Source of the DNA: Geosiphon pyriformis uo1 | Lineage: Eukaryota; Fungi; Glomeromycota | Direction: 5' to 3' | Assembly (NCBI GenBank): GCA_016748015.1 | Contig: JAAOMT010000515.1 | Location: 186,001 to 250,000, forward strand | Length of the DNA: 64,000 bases | Shown: one piece after another, positions 1-14,903 of the stretch | Layout: every line of letters begins with the position of its first letter | How positions within the stretch are numbered: position 1 is the first letter of the stretch | Notes under the pieces: model-generated | Seen by the model: the letters and a program-made list of their open reading frames with translations, nothing else | Database searches by the model: none | Told to the model about the DNA's origin: nothing | Translations under genes and position numbers: made by a program

Positions 1-23
1 CTCACAGATTTTTCCCACTAAAT

Positions 24-1558
24 TTATGTGGACTGGGCGTTTTTTAATTCACTCATTTGCAATGCAGCTATTTTAACTATTAGAGTTTGTGAACTTCCAC
101 CAATCCTCATTGAGCCTCTAAGAGTAATTTCATCATCTACGGTGTCTTCAGCAGCCTCAATTAAACCTTGTTCTTCTCCGTTATCTCGTGACATATAACT
201 AGGAAGAGAACTCGTGCCAAAAGGCATCGAATCACGGTTCTTCAAACCTCGCAGGGTATCACCAGAAATCCCGTATTCCTCATCTTGCATCACTTGCTGT
301 TTTCGGTCTTTTGTGAACGAAGTATGTTTCGGATTTTTGGATTTTCGATGTGACTTCAATGCAATCACCCAAACCACATAGGTGGCCCATATTTGAGTGG
401 CAAAGAGACAAGCTAACAATATGGGAAACACAATATTAAATGCAAACAGGATTTTGTAGTTTCCTGGAAAATTTAAATTAGAAAGGTTAATACTTTGAAT
501 CATGAGTTTTTAATTGAAATTTTAGCATTTCAGCCAACTTTCCACAAGATTATTAAACATACCAGGATTAGGTAGAATCTTTTTAGCCCAAAATATCAAC
601 ACCCAGATAAGTGTACCAAATTTTGCGAGAAACACTTGTACTGCTGCAAAGAAAAGTACCGGTGGTGCATAAGATGGCTTCAATCGGTAAAAGAGTAGAC
701 CTAAAAAGGTGCTTTGCTCAGTAGTTGCCTGGAAAAACACGATTAGCCCTACTGTAAATAGATCCAAATTGACACTTAAAAATGATCGACGACAGAGTTA
801 ATTATCAATCTGGGTAGTGAGAATAGAAAATCCACTTTTTTGAAGACTTACGTGTCACGGATAACATAAAAGGCAAAAATATTCACGGCCATTGTAATGA
901 AATGGTGAGCGATCAGTGGCAGTCGCATTTTACGATAAATCAATTCAAATATATACCTAGAAATTAACGAAAAACATTCATTTTAAAAAAAGGGTAAACA
1001 AAGAAGAGAATAAATTCAAAACGTAGTCTTCCAAAACTGCGAAATAAACAGACATACAAATCAAGAGTAATCAAACAACATATTTGGGCGAGTTGCAAGT
1101 TTCGAGAGCTCAATTCACTTTTGAAAACAGGGTAAATTATTATTTGTATTGTTAAGGCGATTCCGGTGAAAATGATTTCCAAAATATAGGTGGTACAATT
1201 TTTTATATGTTCTAAACTAAGGTTTGGGTCAATTTTTCGAAGAATTTTTTCGATTAATTTCGAGAGAATAATGAGGGTAACGAAGTAAAAGACGTGATTC
1301 GTGGTGAACACGTAGTATGTTGTTTGTGTCACTAATTATTAAAAAATAGAAATAATAATAGCAATATTATTATTATTATTATTATTATTATATAGTGATT
1401 TTGAGAGAAAAAAAGGTCTAAAGCTTCATATTAGAAAATTTAAAAAAATGATAAATCTTGTAGCAGTGCTTACCTTTTTCATTTTGATTATTCAACAAGT
1501 CTTCAATCTGATTCTTTGAGTATCCTCTCCACGAAGGCGGTAGTTGTTGTCCATCCAT
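24..1558 (-). CDS. Multi-pass membrane protein, TLC (TRAM/LAG1/CLN8)-like, about 5 exons
   Basis: ATG at 1558 (MDGQQLPPSWRGYSKNQIEDLLNNQNEK). Intron GTAAGC(1473)..TAG(1332) joins in frame to ORF 964-1332 (VTQTTYYVF). Further hydrophobic exons include FELIYRKMRLPLIAHHFITM (HH motif) and ORFs 522-767 and 24-503. Stop at 24. Family assignment is from motif resemblance only. Confidence 0.7.
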
Positions 1559-3035
1559 TGTTTAGTGAATTAAAATTTTTCTTTGAAATAGACTTAATTT
1601 AGTTGAAAAAAGAATTTCGATTTCCTTATTTTTAGTGAGAAGAATGATTACAAAGAACTCAATCCTTGGTTTATTGAAAATGAAATTCAATATTGAAATA
1701 AACTCATCAAGATTCCCTACTTTTATACACAACTGTTCACTTTCTTTGATGATCTAAGCAGAGATTAAAAAAGTAATTATTAGTTTTGAGCGTGACACTA
1801 TCCATTGAATTTTTGATAATGATTATGATACAAATGAAAGGTAAAAAAAAAAATTATCTAGATTTCGATTATAACTTTTCTGGAAATTTTTATAATGTAA
1901 ACAAATTTGTATCACCAATTTTTTATTTTGACAAAAACTTTTTTGATCGACATATATTTTAAAAAATACAATAAAATAAATATAGATATTGTAAAAAGCT
2001 GTGTTTCCTTTTTATATTTGACATTGACGTGTTTACCAAAATGTCAAAATCAAATACTTATAATTTAACAACGCCTCGTTAAATAAATGAGCAAATAAAG
2101 AAATCAAAAATCATAATTGCCACACAGTATGAATGATAATAATTGACATCAAAAATTGCCTAATTTGATATTGCAATGAAAAATCTAAATATAATTAAAC
2201 GATGGCTTATTCCAAAGTTGCCGACAATGAATTTAAAAATCTGCAATTTGATCAATCCAGAGTACTATATGGTATTTTCCATTTACTGAATTTGAATGTT
2301 TGGCAGTTTATTTGAAAATAAAAAATAGATTTCCATAAACTTACTTCATTCCTATATATGGAATATGGGCCCTTCCATTATAATAACATGCATGCAATGG
2401 TTGATTCATTTTGCCCTCAAAAAATTTTTTAAATTTAGGCTCAACAATTTCCACTGCTAATTTTAGAATTTTGGGGGATGATCACCAAAAAAACTCGTAT
2501 TATGTTATCTTTTAAATCTTGCAATTTTATAAATTTAGTGTCAAAATTAATAATTAAGGACGATAAACAGTACAATATCGTTTATGTTGCATATCATTGC
2601 ATAAAAACCAAGAAATTAACCTTTTCTGTACATTAGGTCAAAGGTTGCTCCTATTCACAGAATTCAAATCACCAAAAATATAAGTAATTAATCTAATTTT
2701 GTTTACAGTTTATGTTTCTTGATTCTTTTTGGAAATGAATTTTTTTCTGAATAACTTTTTATCTGATTTTTGGTTACAAAAGATTTTAATTCAATTTTCA
2801 TGTTTATTACGAGTAATAAAGAAAATAATCAATGAATTTATTGGTTTAAATATATTCTTTTAAAAAAAACAAAGTTAAAATAACAATTTCAATAAATCAC
2901 TAATGAAATCTCTAATATTAATTGTTGATTGGAAATTTTTATTTTAAAAAAATCATTGATTTGATAAATATAATTTAAGATTGATTATTATCATGACTTG
3001 ATTTTTGGATTAATAAACATAATAATAAACATAAA

Positions 3036-3099
3036 AATAATAATAATAATAATAATAATAATCATAATCATAATAATAATAATAATAATAATCATAATC

Positions 3100-3158
<59 letters not shown>
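3036..3158. repeat. (AAT)n microsatellite, about 40 units, with AAT-CAT interruptions
   Basis: Directly visible; explains the poly-Ile ORF 2998-3198. Confidence 0.97.
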
Positions 3159-3159
<1 letters not shown>

Positions 3160-3669
3160 TACTTTCACAAAGAATCTTTTAATCAAAGAATTTTATGAAT
3201 TTTCTTCTTTCTTGAATTCATTTTCAATCGACCAAATCCTTTTTTTGAAAATTTACTTTTTTTTAGTATTTTACTATTCTTTCATTGTCAAGCAAATTGC
3301 TGTGGTATCTCAGATTTCTTTTCAAAAAAGTCATAATGCTTAAAACAAATATTTAATAATTTTATAAATGGTTCTTTTTTCATATCTTTCAAGTTAATTC
3401 TTTAGTTTTTTCCGAATCGTGCAAAAAAACGAATTCACATGTTAAACTCATGTGTTTCGTAAAAATTTACAGCGTAAATATTTTTAGAGTAAAAAAATTC
3501 TACAATTCTAATTTTAAACTCTATTAAAAATTCAGTTTGGATTTTTCTTGCAATTACACTATTAATAAATTTTTCAGCAATTTTATCTAACCTTTTTTTA
3601 TAATTTTGTCAAACGTTTGCAACAGAGAGAGTCTCTCGCACGTCAGTCATCGGCTAGCAATAATCCAAT

Positions 3670-4280
3670 CTTGTGATTGCTTCATACTCTGAACAAATAG
3701 TTTCTTCTCAACCTGAAAATGAAAAAAAAAAAACAGGAAAATCCTTGTCCAACATCACTCAACAAAAGGTCATATCAACTGGATATATCAGCTTGCCCTC
3801 TACTCGCATTCTTTCTCAACAGATCGAGTTTGAGCAACTGAAAATCATACAATTGAATGGGATTATTTGATACCATATTGTAAAACAATACTAACTTTAG
3901 AGTGACCAGTATAATCAAGAGTGTACGAAGGTATAGTTTCTTATTCAATTTTCATAAGCATATATTTTGATGGTTTTCTGTTTATTACTTTAGTATATGG
4001 AAGAAGAAATGGATCTCAAACCCCAGAAGATATTGATTTCAATAGATGGATTATTTTATCTAACTGAAAATTCTCAGATAATTTAATGGATATAAAAAAG
4101 CAAATACCAATTTCGACTGATGGCTCTTAATTTTTCTTTAATTGTCTTTTGCTTTATTTCACAGAATTCTTTCGATATAGATGATGGAAGGATCACAAAG
4201 AATTGTACATTGTCACTCTCGTTGATCTAAAAGTTGTTTGTGCTTCGGGATTAATTCTATTTCGGTTTAGGGCGTTTTAA
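3670..4280 (+). pseudogene. Possible degenerate gene remnant, family not recognised
   Basis: Locally higher GC, one clean GTATAG..TTTAG intron (about 3931-3993) and a second acceptor (TTCACAG about 4163). Reading frames contain stops, e.g. SRVYE|VYGRRNGSQTPEDIDFNRWIILSN*. Confidence 0.3.
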
Positions 4281-5399
4281 TGCACGTAAACAATGAGTGT
4301 AACGATTAATCCTCAAATTAACAGAATCCCTATTATCGTTGTTGTTACATGTATATTATGAAGAGAAATTTTTTCCTCTATTTTTATTTTGTTACAAAAG
4401 AAAATAATAACAATATTAATTAAGCTTCACAAATATATAAATATAAAAATGTAAAATTTAAATTTAGAAATTAATTCATTTATCTTTTTTTAAACTCAGT
4501 TACTTTTGAATAAAGACAGATCTTGTATTTTTCTCAATATTAGCCATTATTATTTGCAGATAAAAAAAGCCCAATAAGCATGTTAAAAGTATAAGTGTAA
4601 AAATTAAAAAACACATACAATTTTTATTTAAGAAAAAATTCAAAAAAATATTTTTTACACATATAGCTTTGTATTTTTTGGAGATATTTTTAATATTTGT
4701 TGACTTTTGAATTTTTCTGAATTAATTAAAAAATATTCAATGTTTTCTTATCAATCGAAAAATAAGAATTAACCTTGAAAAGCCCATGAAATTTTTGCAT
4801 CATAATTTTGTAATATCAAACCGTAAAAAAGATGCCAGCTAACAAATAAAACATAATAAAATGTAAAAAATATTAAGGTTTAATTTTGTTATAAAAAATA
4901 CGAAATTCAAAATTTTATTAAGCTAAAAAAAAACAAAAGTTGTAAAGATTACATTGTTAAACTTATGAATTTTAAATAATATTATAATATTTTCTTTGCA
5001 AATAAAATTTGTTGTATTTTTTTTAATCTTAAATTTAACATCGTCAAAGTGATATTTTCGTAAAATTCGTTATAATTTAATAATTCTTTTATGTAACTAT
5101 CTTAATATATATATATATTTATGTTAGATTTAATTAAAAATATTTTGCAATCATTTTTTACTTAATTCATAAACAATTTATAAAATCATATTTTTTTTGC
5201 TGACATTAGTCATTTTTAATAACATCTTAATGGTAAAAATAACGAAATAATACAAGAAAAATACAAAGATTGAGTTTAATGTGTTTTAAACAAATAATAT
5301 TTTACACAATTAAATATAAAAGTAAATAAAAATTCTTTATTACTATTATTCTTTAAAATCCTTTTGTAATAAAAATTATATATATATTTTTTATTTAAC

Positions 5400-8300
5400 G
5401 AGTAACAGCATTATTTAAAAATGAAAAAAATATTGTTATTGTTTTTTGTTTTGGACAAAAGCCAGCTTAATGTAAGTTTTATAAAGAAAAAATAATCAAA
5501 TTCTATTAAAAACACAACCAAAAGAAAACCAAAACTATATTACCAAAGTTAAAACCAAAATTTTTTCAATTAGTTATCAAATTTAAAAAATAAGAATAAT
5601 AGAATTATTTAAAAAGTTTATAAAAGAAAACATAACTGAAATAATTTATCAATTTAAAGCTATTATAGAAACAACATTTTTAAACAATATAACAATTTTT
5701 GTTATTTATTTGATATTATAACAAAGACAAAGTTAAATAATTAATTAATTACTTTTAGTTAAAAAAGACTAATATAAAATATTGATAACATGTATTTTAA
5801 AAGAATATAAGTAATAAAAAAACTCGAAATGTTAATAACAAGTATATAAAAAATTATAAAAATAACATATAATATTAATAATAAGTATATAAAAAATTAT
5901 AAAAGTAACATAATTTAAAATGTTAATAATAAGTATTAAAACATACTTAAAACATTAATAATAAGTATTTAAAGCATAAAAAAAAAGAAAAAAAGAAAAA
6001 CATATAAAGAAAAAAACTAATTACTTATAATAAAACTTTAATAGAAAGTTGACTTTATATAAACTAATGCTTTTTTAAATTAACAAAAAGCTTATATATA
6101 TAATTAAAATATATTATATTTATATATTATATTAAAATTATTTAAGTATATTAATTATTTAAGTATATTAAATTAATTAAATACTAATTATAAGCTTAAT
6201 TAACATATTATTTTTCTAAAAATTAATAACTATATTTAAAACTTTAATTATATATTAATAATTAATTGTAATTATAATCAACATAATTAAAATAAATAAA
6301 TTAATTATATTTTTAATAACAAATTTTAAATAATAATTATAAATAAATTTTATATTATATTTTGATTTCTAACATATTAAACTTATTTGTTATTTTAATT
6401 GTTTTAAATAAAAATAGTTTTTTAATATTTTTTAATTTAAAATTATTTGTATACTTTATCTTATATTTTTAACACATTTTATTTGCCTGTTTTTATAATA
6501 TTAAGCTATATATTTAATAAAGTATTTAAATTAATTAATAAAAAATAATATTGTAATTAATATTAAAAACTTTTTTATATTATGTATTGTTTATTTGGTT
6601 ATTGTATTAACAAAAAATGAGTTAACAAAAAATATATTTACAAAAATATAATTAATAATTTTTTTATCTTTTTTAAGTTAAAAACTTGAATATTAAATAT
6701 TTTATTAAAAAATTAAGCAAATTTAAAACCAAAATTTCTAGAATTAACATTCTGTTTGGTATTGTTTTTATTGAAATTATTATTAAAAACTACAAATAAA
6801 TTATTATTTATTTTTTTATAATATTAATATTACTAGTTTTTTTTAATTTAACTATAAAAAAAACACTTATTTAAAAACCTAAAATAATAATTAAATAAAC
6901 TGATAAAAGCTTGTCTGATATTTTAAAAACTTTGTAAATATGTTTTGTTTTTTTTGTTTTTTTATTATTATGTTTTAACAAAGTATGCCCAATAACTATC
7001 TAATAAAATATATTAAATTAAATAGTTTAAATTAGATATAAATCATGTATTTTTTATATGTAATCAACTATTTAAATTAATTAAAACACTAATTAAGTTA
7101 AATTAAAAAAAGCTGAAAGTAAATTCTGTTTACTAAGTTTCTCAATAATATTATTTAAATTTCTAGAATCAAAAATAAAATTATTAAAAAACAATTTAAT
7201 TTTTTTTAATTTTAAGACTACATATTTATTACAAAGTAATTTTCAAAAGACATGTTTTAACAACATTTAAATTATTATTATCTATGTTGTTAAATTTAAT
7301 TTTAGTTTTAAAATTAGCAAAGTTTTTAAATACACTAACTAAAAAAGAAGCAAAATTCTTGAAAATATTAAGCAATATAAGCAAATTATTTTCAACTTTG
7401 TAATTTTCGCACATATTTTCAATTACAAAAAAAGTAATTAAAGAAATTAAAAAACTAATAAGTTTAATAATAGATTCTATTAAAACAGTCAAACTTAAAA
7501 TCTAAGATTCTAAAAAATTTAACTTAAACTTAATAACAGAATTAATAACAAAAACAACCAAAAAAATAACAGAAAAAAAAGCCAGAAAAACAAAAACTAT
7601 AGCATAAAACTTGTTATTAACAAAAAATAACACAAAAAGCTTAAACCAATTGCAAACTTGAAAGACAATTTTAAAAACAGAGAAAAAATTTTTATAATTA
7701 ACAAACAAATGGCCCAAATTCTAATATTTATAACAATAACAATATTTAAAAGTTTTTTATCAGATATAACATTTGTATAAAGTATTAGTTTTAATAATAA
7801 TAAGATTTAAAAACTTATAAAAACCAAATATTACAATAGTAAAATGTTAAAAATAATAAAAATTAGAAGATTAAAAAATAAAACAAGTACAATCACCAAT
7901 TTAAAAAATTATATTACTGATCTTAAAAGCAATACAGCCAAATAAAAAATTGATTAATTTGATTTTAAACATATTTTTTAAAGTAATGATTTTTTTTGAT
8001 TAAAAAGAAAAAAAATCCAAACACTATTCTTTTTACTAATACAAACCAATAATTAAGAGCAGCAGTAACAAAAAAAAAAATTCTTAAAATAATAATAGCA
8101 TATTATTACAAGCTAATAGACTTTAATTTAACAGTATTAATAACATTAAAAATACTAAAAACATTTTTAATATTATTGAAAAATATGCCAAGAGAAATAT
8201 TATGAAATATAACAGATATAAAAAAGAGAAAACCAGAAACCATCACAAAAAATTTTGCAATTTTAAGTGTAATTAAAAAAAACTATTAACAGAAATTTTA

Positions 8301-10650
8301 ATAAGAGCAATTAAAAAAGTCTTAAAAGCAAAATTTATATAAAACAATTTAATATTGTTTTTAGAAACAGACTTAAGCCTAACAAAACCAGACAACAAAT
8401 AAAATAAAAAATTAATCAAAGTTAATTTGATTTTAAAAATATACTTAAACATTAGAATAAAACTATTTACCAGAAAATTTTTAATAACTAAAAATTGTTT
8501 TTTAGATATTATTAAAAATAATATCAGAAAACAGAGAAAAAAAATTGTTTTAGTTTCTATTTAGTCAGTCCAATTCTTAAGATTAAATGACCTAATAAGT
8601 TGATTTGCTTTTAAAATTAGCAATAATCTGCCAAAAAATATTATATTTGATAATATAATTAATAATTAAACTTAATTTATCTTAAAAAACATGTTATTAT
8701 TGTAATTATTTACATTAAAAAAAAGTTAATTATTGCTGAAAAAATTTTATTCAAAATTATAAAAAAATTCAATATAATAATAACAAATATAAATAACTGT
8801 TGTTGTTTTTTTGACTCTTTAGCTTTTTTGGCCATTTATAAAATAGTATTAATAGTATTAATAATAAAAACAAAAAAAATTAACTTATTAACTGACCATT
8901 GTTAAAAACTTTAAAACTCTTAAACAACATTAAAATTAATCTAAGTGTGTTTTTTAGAAAAAACTTTGATTAAAAAAGAACTACTAGTCAAAAATAAGAA
9001 AAATGCTTTAAAAACCACCAAAAACAGTTTTTATTACTAATATTTAAAAAAAACATTGCCAGGATATTTTGTTTAATTGCTTTAATAATAGAAAAACTTT
9101 CTTTTATTAAAACTTTATTAGTTACTATAAAAAAAGTAACATTTAAAACTTTTTTATTTTTTGTTCTGATTATAATTATAAAAATAAAATATTTAATTTA
9201 AATAAAACAATATTAAAAAACCCAAAAATTTATTATTTTAGTCTTTAAATTATTTAATTTAAATATAAACAAGCTAAAAATTTAATATTTAAAGATAATA
9301 AATTATTAGTCTTTTTAAAAAACCACTTTTTTTAGCATAAATAACAATAAGATTATTTTAATTAATTATTAATAATATATGTTTAATAAATTTTCTGAAT
9401 TGGTTTTTGAAAAAGTTATATACCAATTCTGTATGACCAAAATGCTTAAAATTTTTACAACAAGTTAAATTCAGCTTAATTTAAAATAAATTCATCTTAT
9501 TAAAATTTAAAATATATAATAAATTTTATTTAAACTTTTTTAGTTTTAAAACAAATAACAATATATCTTATTCTATTTTTTATAACAAAATAAATTAACA
9601 ACACAAGTTTTTTTACTTAATCTGTTTAAAAAATCTTTAAAATTATAAACAGAATTCTTTCTAATTAATATTTATTAATTAAAAACCAAAAAATTAGTAT
9701 TTTTTGATTTAATAAACACTATTATAATTTGTTACTATAGCCAAATTAATTATAATTAGATTAATATGATCTTATCAAATTTAGACAAAGCTAAGAAAAT
9801 AATCTTTTTAAAAACATCTATAATTTTTTTTTAATAATTACTATTTAATTTAATAATATATTTAGTTTTTTAAGATTATTATTTACAATTATATTTTTAT
9901 TTTTAGCCAATATTATAGTTTTTTTTAAATTAAATTTTAATATAAACATTAATCTAATGATTCTTTGAATTTTGAAATAATAAACGTTTTTTTAAACCAA
10001 TTATTAAAAAACATTTTTTTAATTATCTACATCTTTTTTATAAAGTTTTTTTTAATAACTAATAAATTAATATTCAAAACATAAGATTTTTTGATTATAA
10101 TTTAACTTAACTTAAAAAAAAATAAAAGATAAAAAAACATTTTTTTATTTTTAGTATTATATTAAATTATATTTAAAGATAAAGCTTTTAACTTATTAAT
10201 ATTTATTTTTTTTGCTTTAAAAGTATTTGTCTTAAAGTCTAAAAAAGCTTTATTTTTGTTACTAGCATTAAATCCAATATCTATTATTATAAACTTTTTT
10301 AGCTTAAATTTGAAGTCAGTTTTTATATTATTGAAAATATTAAAGACAATTATTGTATTATTTAAAAATAAAAATTTGCCCAAAAACAAAATTACTTTTT
10401 TATTAAGGTTTTTTATATTTTTTTCTGCTTTTTTTAGTCTTTAAGTAAAATTATTTTTAATAAAACTATATATAGTACTTTTTACAGATTTTTTCTTAAT
10501 TGTATTGTCATTAGCAGTAGTTACTAATTTTTAAACAAAAAGATTAGCATTTTGTAAAATATTAAAAACCAATAAACAGCAAAAACAAAAATTTTTTCTT
10601 TTTTAAGAATTTTAAATATAGAAAAGAAACAAGTTTTTTTAATTATTTAA
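5400..10650. mobile_element. Highly eroded repeat, probably a non-LTR retrotransposon relic (family X, copy 1)
   Basis: Extremely AT-rich and almost CpG-free. 7445-7820 aligns by eye with the reverse complement of about 27480-27840 and about 35500-35940; 7940-8170 aligns with the reverse complement of about 28680-28900. Boundaries approximate. Confidence 0.6.
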
Positions 10651-13600
10651 TATTAAAATTATATCTTTTAAAAAACTATATTTTAAAAATTCGATTTTTG
10701 TCTTAAATTATTATATAAAAAAAATTTATAATGTATTGGTTTAATTTTTGCAATTTTAATAAATTTAATAATGTGCAAACTTTACTCTAAAAAATATTTT
10801 CAATATAATTAATAATATTAAAAAGAGTAATAATAATATATAAACTGGGTAGCTAATTACACATAGTTTGTGCACAATTTATGTATAAATTACAATAATT
10901 GTATTGTGTGAAAATAGTTAATAATTGGATTACAACAAAAAATAAATAATAAATGAAAATAAAATGTAAATACAAATTTAAAGACATTTTAAAATAAAAA
11001 ATTTAAATATTTAGAAATTAACAATTTTCTTTTAAAACAGATAATTGAATATGTGAAAAACCAATCATATAAAAATTTTCATGTAAGCTCATTATAAGTT
11101 TAGTGCTTAATATTAGCATTAATAATATATTTTATTAAATATTAAAGTATAAATAAAATTATTATAAATAAAATTTGTATATTATATGTTTTATAAGCAT
11201 TTTAATGAAATTAGAATTATAAAAAAAGTGTGCAAATAACAAAATTGGTCTCTAAAAATGTCATGTTAAAACATTTCAATTTATTAATTATTTCTTGAAA
11301 AAAGAATTACAGCAATATATGTACAATAAAAAACAACATAATAATTTAAAAAACACAATTTCAAAAGCAATAAAATTGAAATTTTAAAATTTTAATTCAA
11401 AAATAATAAAATAAAATTTTTCAATTTTCATATTTGAATTTTCGATATTACAATCTAAATTTGTTGTGTCAACAATAAGACGTCTTAAAATGCTTTTAAA
11501 AAATTATAAATTTTATTCTAATAATATTTTTTGTAAAATATTGTTTGTTTCACAACTTTTTTCTTATAATATTTCTTAAAATTAAATAACTATTATTATT
11601 TGCACTTTTTTTAAGAACAATTGTCAAAAGTTTTTTATTAATTTTAATTCTTTTTTCTTTTACAAATTCCATTTGCTCTTTGTTGAACTTATTTTACTAT
11701 TTTTTAGCTTGCTGCTCTAACCTATAATACTATTTTTAAGTTCTGAAGATTATTAATCTTAATAAATTGTACAAAGTTATTAGTTACTTGAAGCAAAAGA
11801 TTTTCAAAAATTAATAAGTTTACATTATTTTGTTTGGTAAATCGAATGTTAATAATTGTTCAATGTAAAAAATATTTTTTTTTGGTAAATATATATAGAA
11901 ATTAAGAAGCTTATCTTTTAATACAATATTGGAAAGTATTGAATTAATTTTTGATTTGACAAAATTAAATTTTTTAAGCAAGAGTAAAAGCACTTTTTTT
12001 TGAATTACTAATATATTTATAATATGTCCAATAAATGAAGTTTTTTTTTAATATTTGAAATATTAAGTTGTTTCGGTATACTGTTCTAATTTTCAAATAA
12101 TTTTTTTAAAATGCTGAATTAAAGGATTTTTTACAACTATATAAATAAATATTTTAAGTAAGTTTTCAAAATATTAATAAATATTATAAAGAAATCAATT
12201 AACTAAAAGTTAGTTTTTATCAGGTAAAAAAGATAAATGAGCTCACATTAAGAGTGGGAATTCATAAAAATAACAGTTAAATTTGAGAAAAATTTAAAAA
12301 TCAAATACCATCTAGCTCTACTTTCATATTATAATAATTCATAAAACTTTGTATTAAATGAATGTTAATAAAAAATATTCTTTTTCTGAAAACAATTTTT
12401 TTTTAAAAGTACAAGAAATACAACAACAAAATAAATATGCAGTTTAAATTCGAAATTTTAATACCTGTATTTTTCTTAAAAAACAACAAATAATTAAAAA
12501 TTTATTGTTTTATCACAAGAAATACAAATAAATTGTTTTTTCTTGAAACTTTTATAATATTTGATTGAAATTAATGAAAGTAAATCTTAACATGTAAAAT
12601 AAAAGTATTAAAGTACTATAATTTTTAAATCAAATTTTTGTTAATATATAATGCGTATTTCTTAAAAAGAATTGCAAATTTGATTATTTTCAAAAAAATA
12701 CAAAATATAAAAACCTATATTTTTAAAATAAGCATTTAAAAGTTCATAAAAATTACGGTTTTTTACATTATAAAAAGTCTGTGACGTTAACACAAACCAA
12801 TATATTTTATTAAATTGAAAATGGTAATATAAATTATTGATTTATCTAAAAAAAATTGTGATGAATTTTTATTGGAACAATTATGGTTTATGAAAAAAAT
12901 TTTTAAAAGTTAATTTAATTTCAATTAATTTTATCTTAATTTTTTCATCATGAAATAATCAATAACTAGATTATATCTCAAAAAAAAACTAAACTTGAAA
13001 CTTTTAAAATTAGCATGAACAATTTTAAGCAATGAAATTAAATTAAATCATCTATTTTTAAATGGTTTATATTATTTTTATTTTTAACAAAATTTTGTTT
13101 TTAAATATAAATTTATTTTACATTTAAATAAAATAAGGTATTTTTAATTGTAATTTGTTCAAAGCTTATTAAAAAAAAAATTTTGTATTTTTTGAAATAT
13201 TTAAAATAACACTTTAAAATTAATAGTGCAATTCATTATTAAAATGAAAAAATACTCTGAGCACAATTTTCATTCAAATAATGTGATCTTTGGGATTGAA
13301 AGCGAACAATCACAGATTACTTGAGACTGTAAAAAAGATTAGTCATTTAATTTTTCTGCAGCACCATTTTTTAAACAAAAATGCAATTTGGCGATCTTTG
13401 ATATTCACAATCAGTTTATAATCTCCGTATTCTCCAAATTTAACATCGCCAAAAAACTTTGTGTAATTTTGGTTAGTTTGATTTTAAGGTTTTTGAATTG
13501 CCGTGATAATGTGCCACTAATTTATGAAAGTTAATATCTGGTTTGATTTCCCGTTTTTTGAATTTTTTGAATATTCTAGTTTGAATATTGCAAAAAGGCG

Positions 13601-14772
13601 AAAATCTTGTACCTATCATTTATCCAATCAAAACAAATCAATTAGCTGTGTTCACGAATTTTAAGACAAAATTGCTCTTCAAAAAATTTTGAGCCTGGGA
13701 AAAAATTATGAGAAAATCTTACAAATGAAATCAAGAATTTCATGGGAACTTTTGTAACCATGTTTTACTGCCTCCAAAAAGGCTTCCTTTTCTTTGTATT
13801 TTAGACGTTACTTATTGTTCAGTGCATATTTTAAAAAGTCAAAAAAAGTTGTTGCTCATGTGGAAATTGAAAATGGTAATATAATATGCCTTTGTGATGA
13901 TTTTCTTGTTAATTCTTGCTAAAACCCGCTTTTCTGTTCTATATGAAAGCTAAATAAGAAGAATCTTAAGGTTCGAGAAAGTCATAAGACTTTTAATTGT
14001 GTATTGTGTCAGAGAAAATCTAGATGTTAGGATCAAAGTTAAAATTTTAGATTTTGATTTCTATCTTGTTAAAGACCAATAATTACATTTAAATCGGTGA
14101 TGAAAGGCGAAATGTCGAGAACCTGAAATTTCTCTTAAAAAAAGAAAATTTTGAAAACTAAAATGTTTTTTCTCGCTATTATTACTTTACGCTCTTTCCC
14201 CTAACAAAGAAAATAAATTATCATTATAGCAAAATACCAAAAATTATCTTTGCCAAAGTAAATTGATAACTACTTCTTAATAGTTCTCTACAACTTGATT
14301 TCAGACAACTATTTTTACTCTATTTAGTTAAATCACATTAATTTTCATAAAGAAGATAAATTTTTTGGCTACAATTTATCAAAAAAAAAAAATTTTATTT
14401 TCAAGGTTTAATGAAACTTTAACACGTATCATTTCAGTTTAAAAACTTTATCATCCTTTGTTCCAACTGCATCTATTTTCGAACTTTATTAGTTGATTCC
14501 CCATAAAAAATTATGCGAGTTTTCAATTAATAAGCCTCTTATTGAGCTTTATGAAGAATTCAGTGGCCAATACATGATTTCTAGCAATTTTGAACTATTT
14601 TTAATAAAGGTCAAATTTCGCATGTTTTAAAAAAAATATTAATTAAAAGCATATTATAACTAGCTAGTATGTGCCCGTTCTGAAACCAATAAAAATTTTT
14701 TTTTCAAGAACTTTAGATAAATTTTTCGTTTATTCAAATGAAAATCTTTTCTGAAAATTCGAAATATGGGAA

Positions 14773-14806
<34 letters not shown>

Positions 14807-14903
14807 ATCTAAGTACTAACTGTTCTCGAATTTCTATCTATAAATTAATAAATTTACATTTTTACTATTCTATTGAACTAAATGTTTTTGAAATGCTGGG
14901 TCT

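Noticed and set aside
2998-3198. 66-aa poly-Ile ORF
   Set aside because: Translation of the (AAT)n microsatellite.
5825-5965. Degenerate 30-43 bp tandem repeats (TTAATAAYAAGTAT core)
   Set aside because: Low-complexity internal repeat of an eroded element; no independent function supportable.
7229-10444. Short F/I/K/N-rich ORFs (7229-7492, 7502-7717, 10162-10389, 10256-10444)
   Set aside because: Chance frames in AT-eroded repeat DNA with no recognisable motifs.
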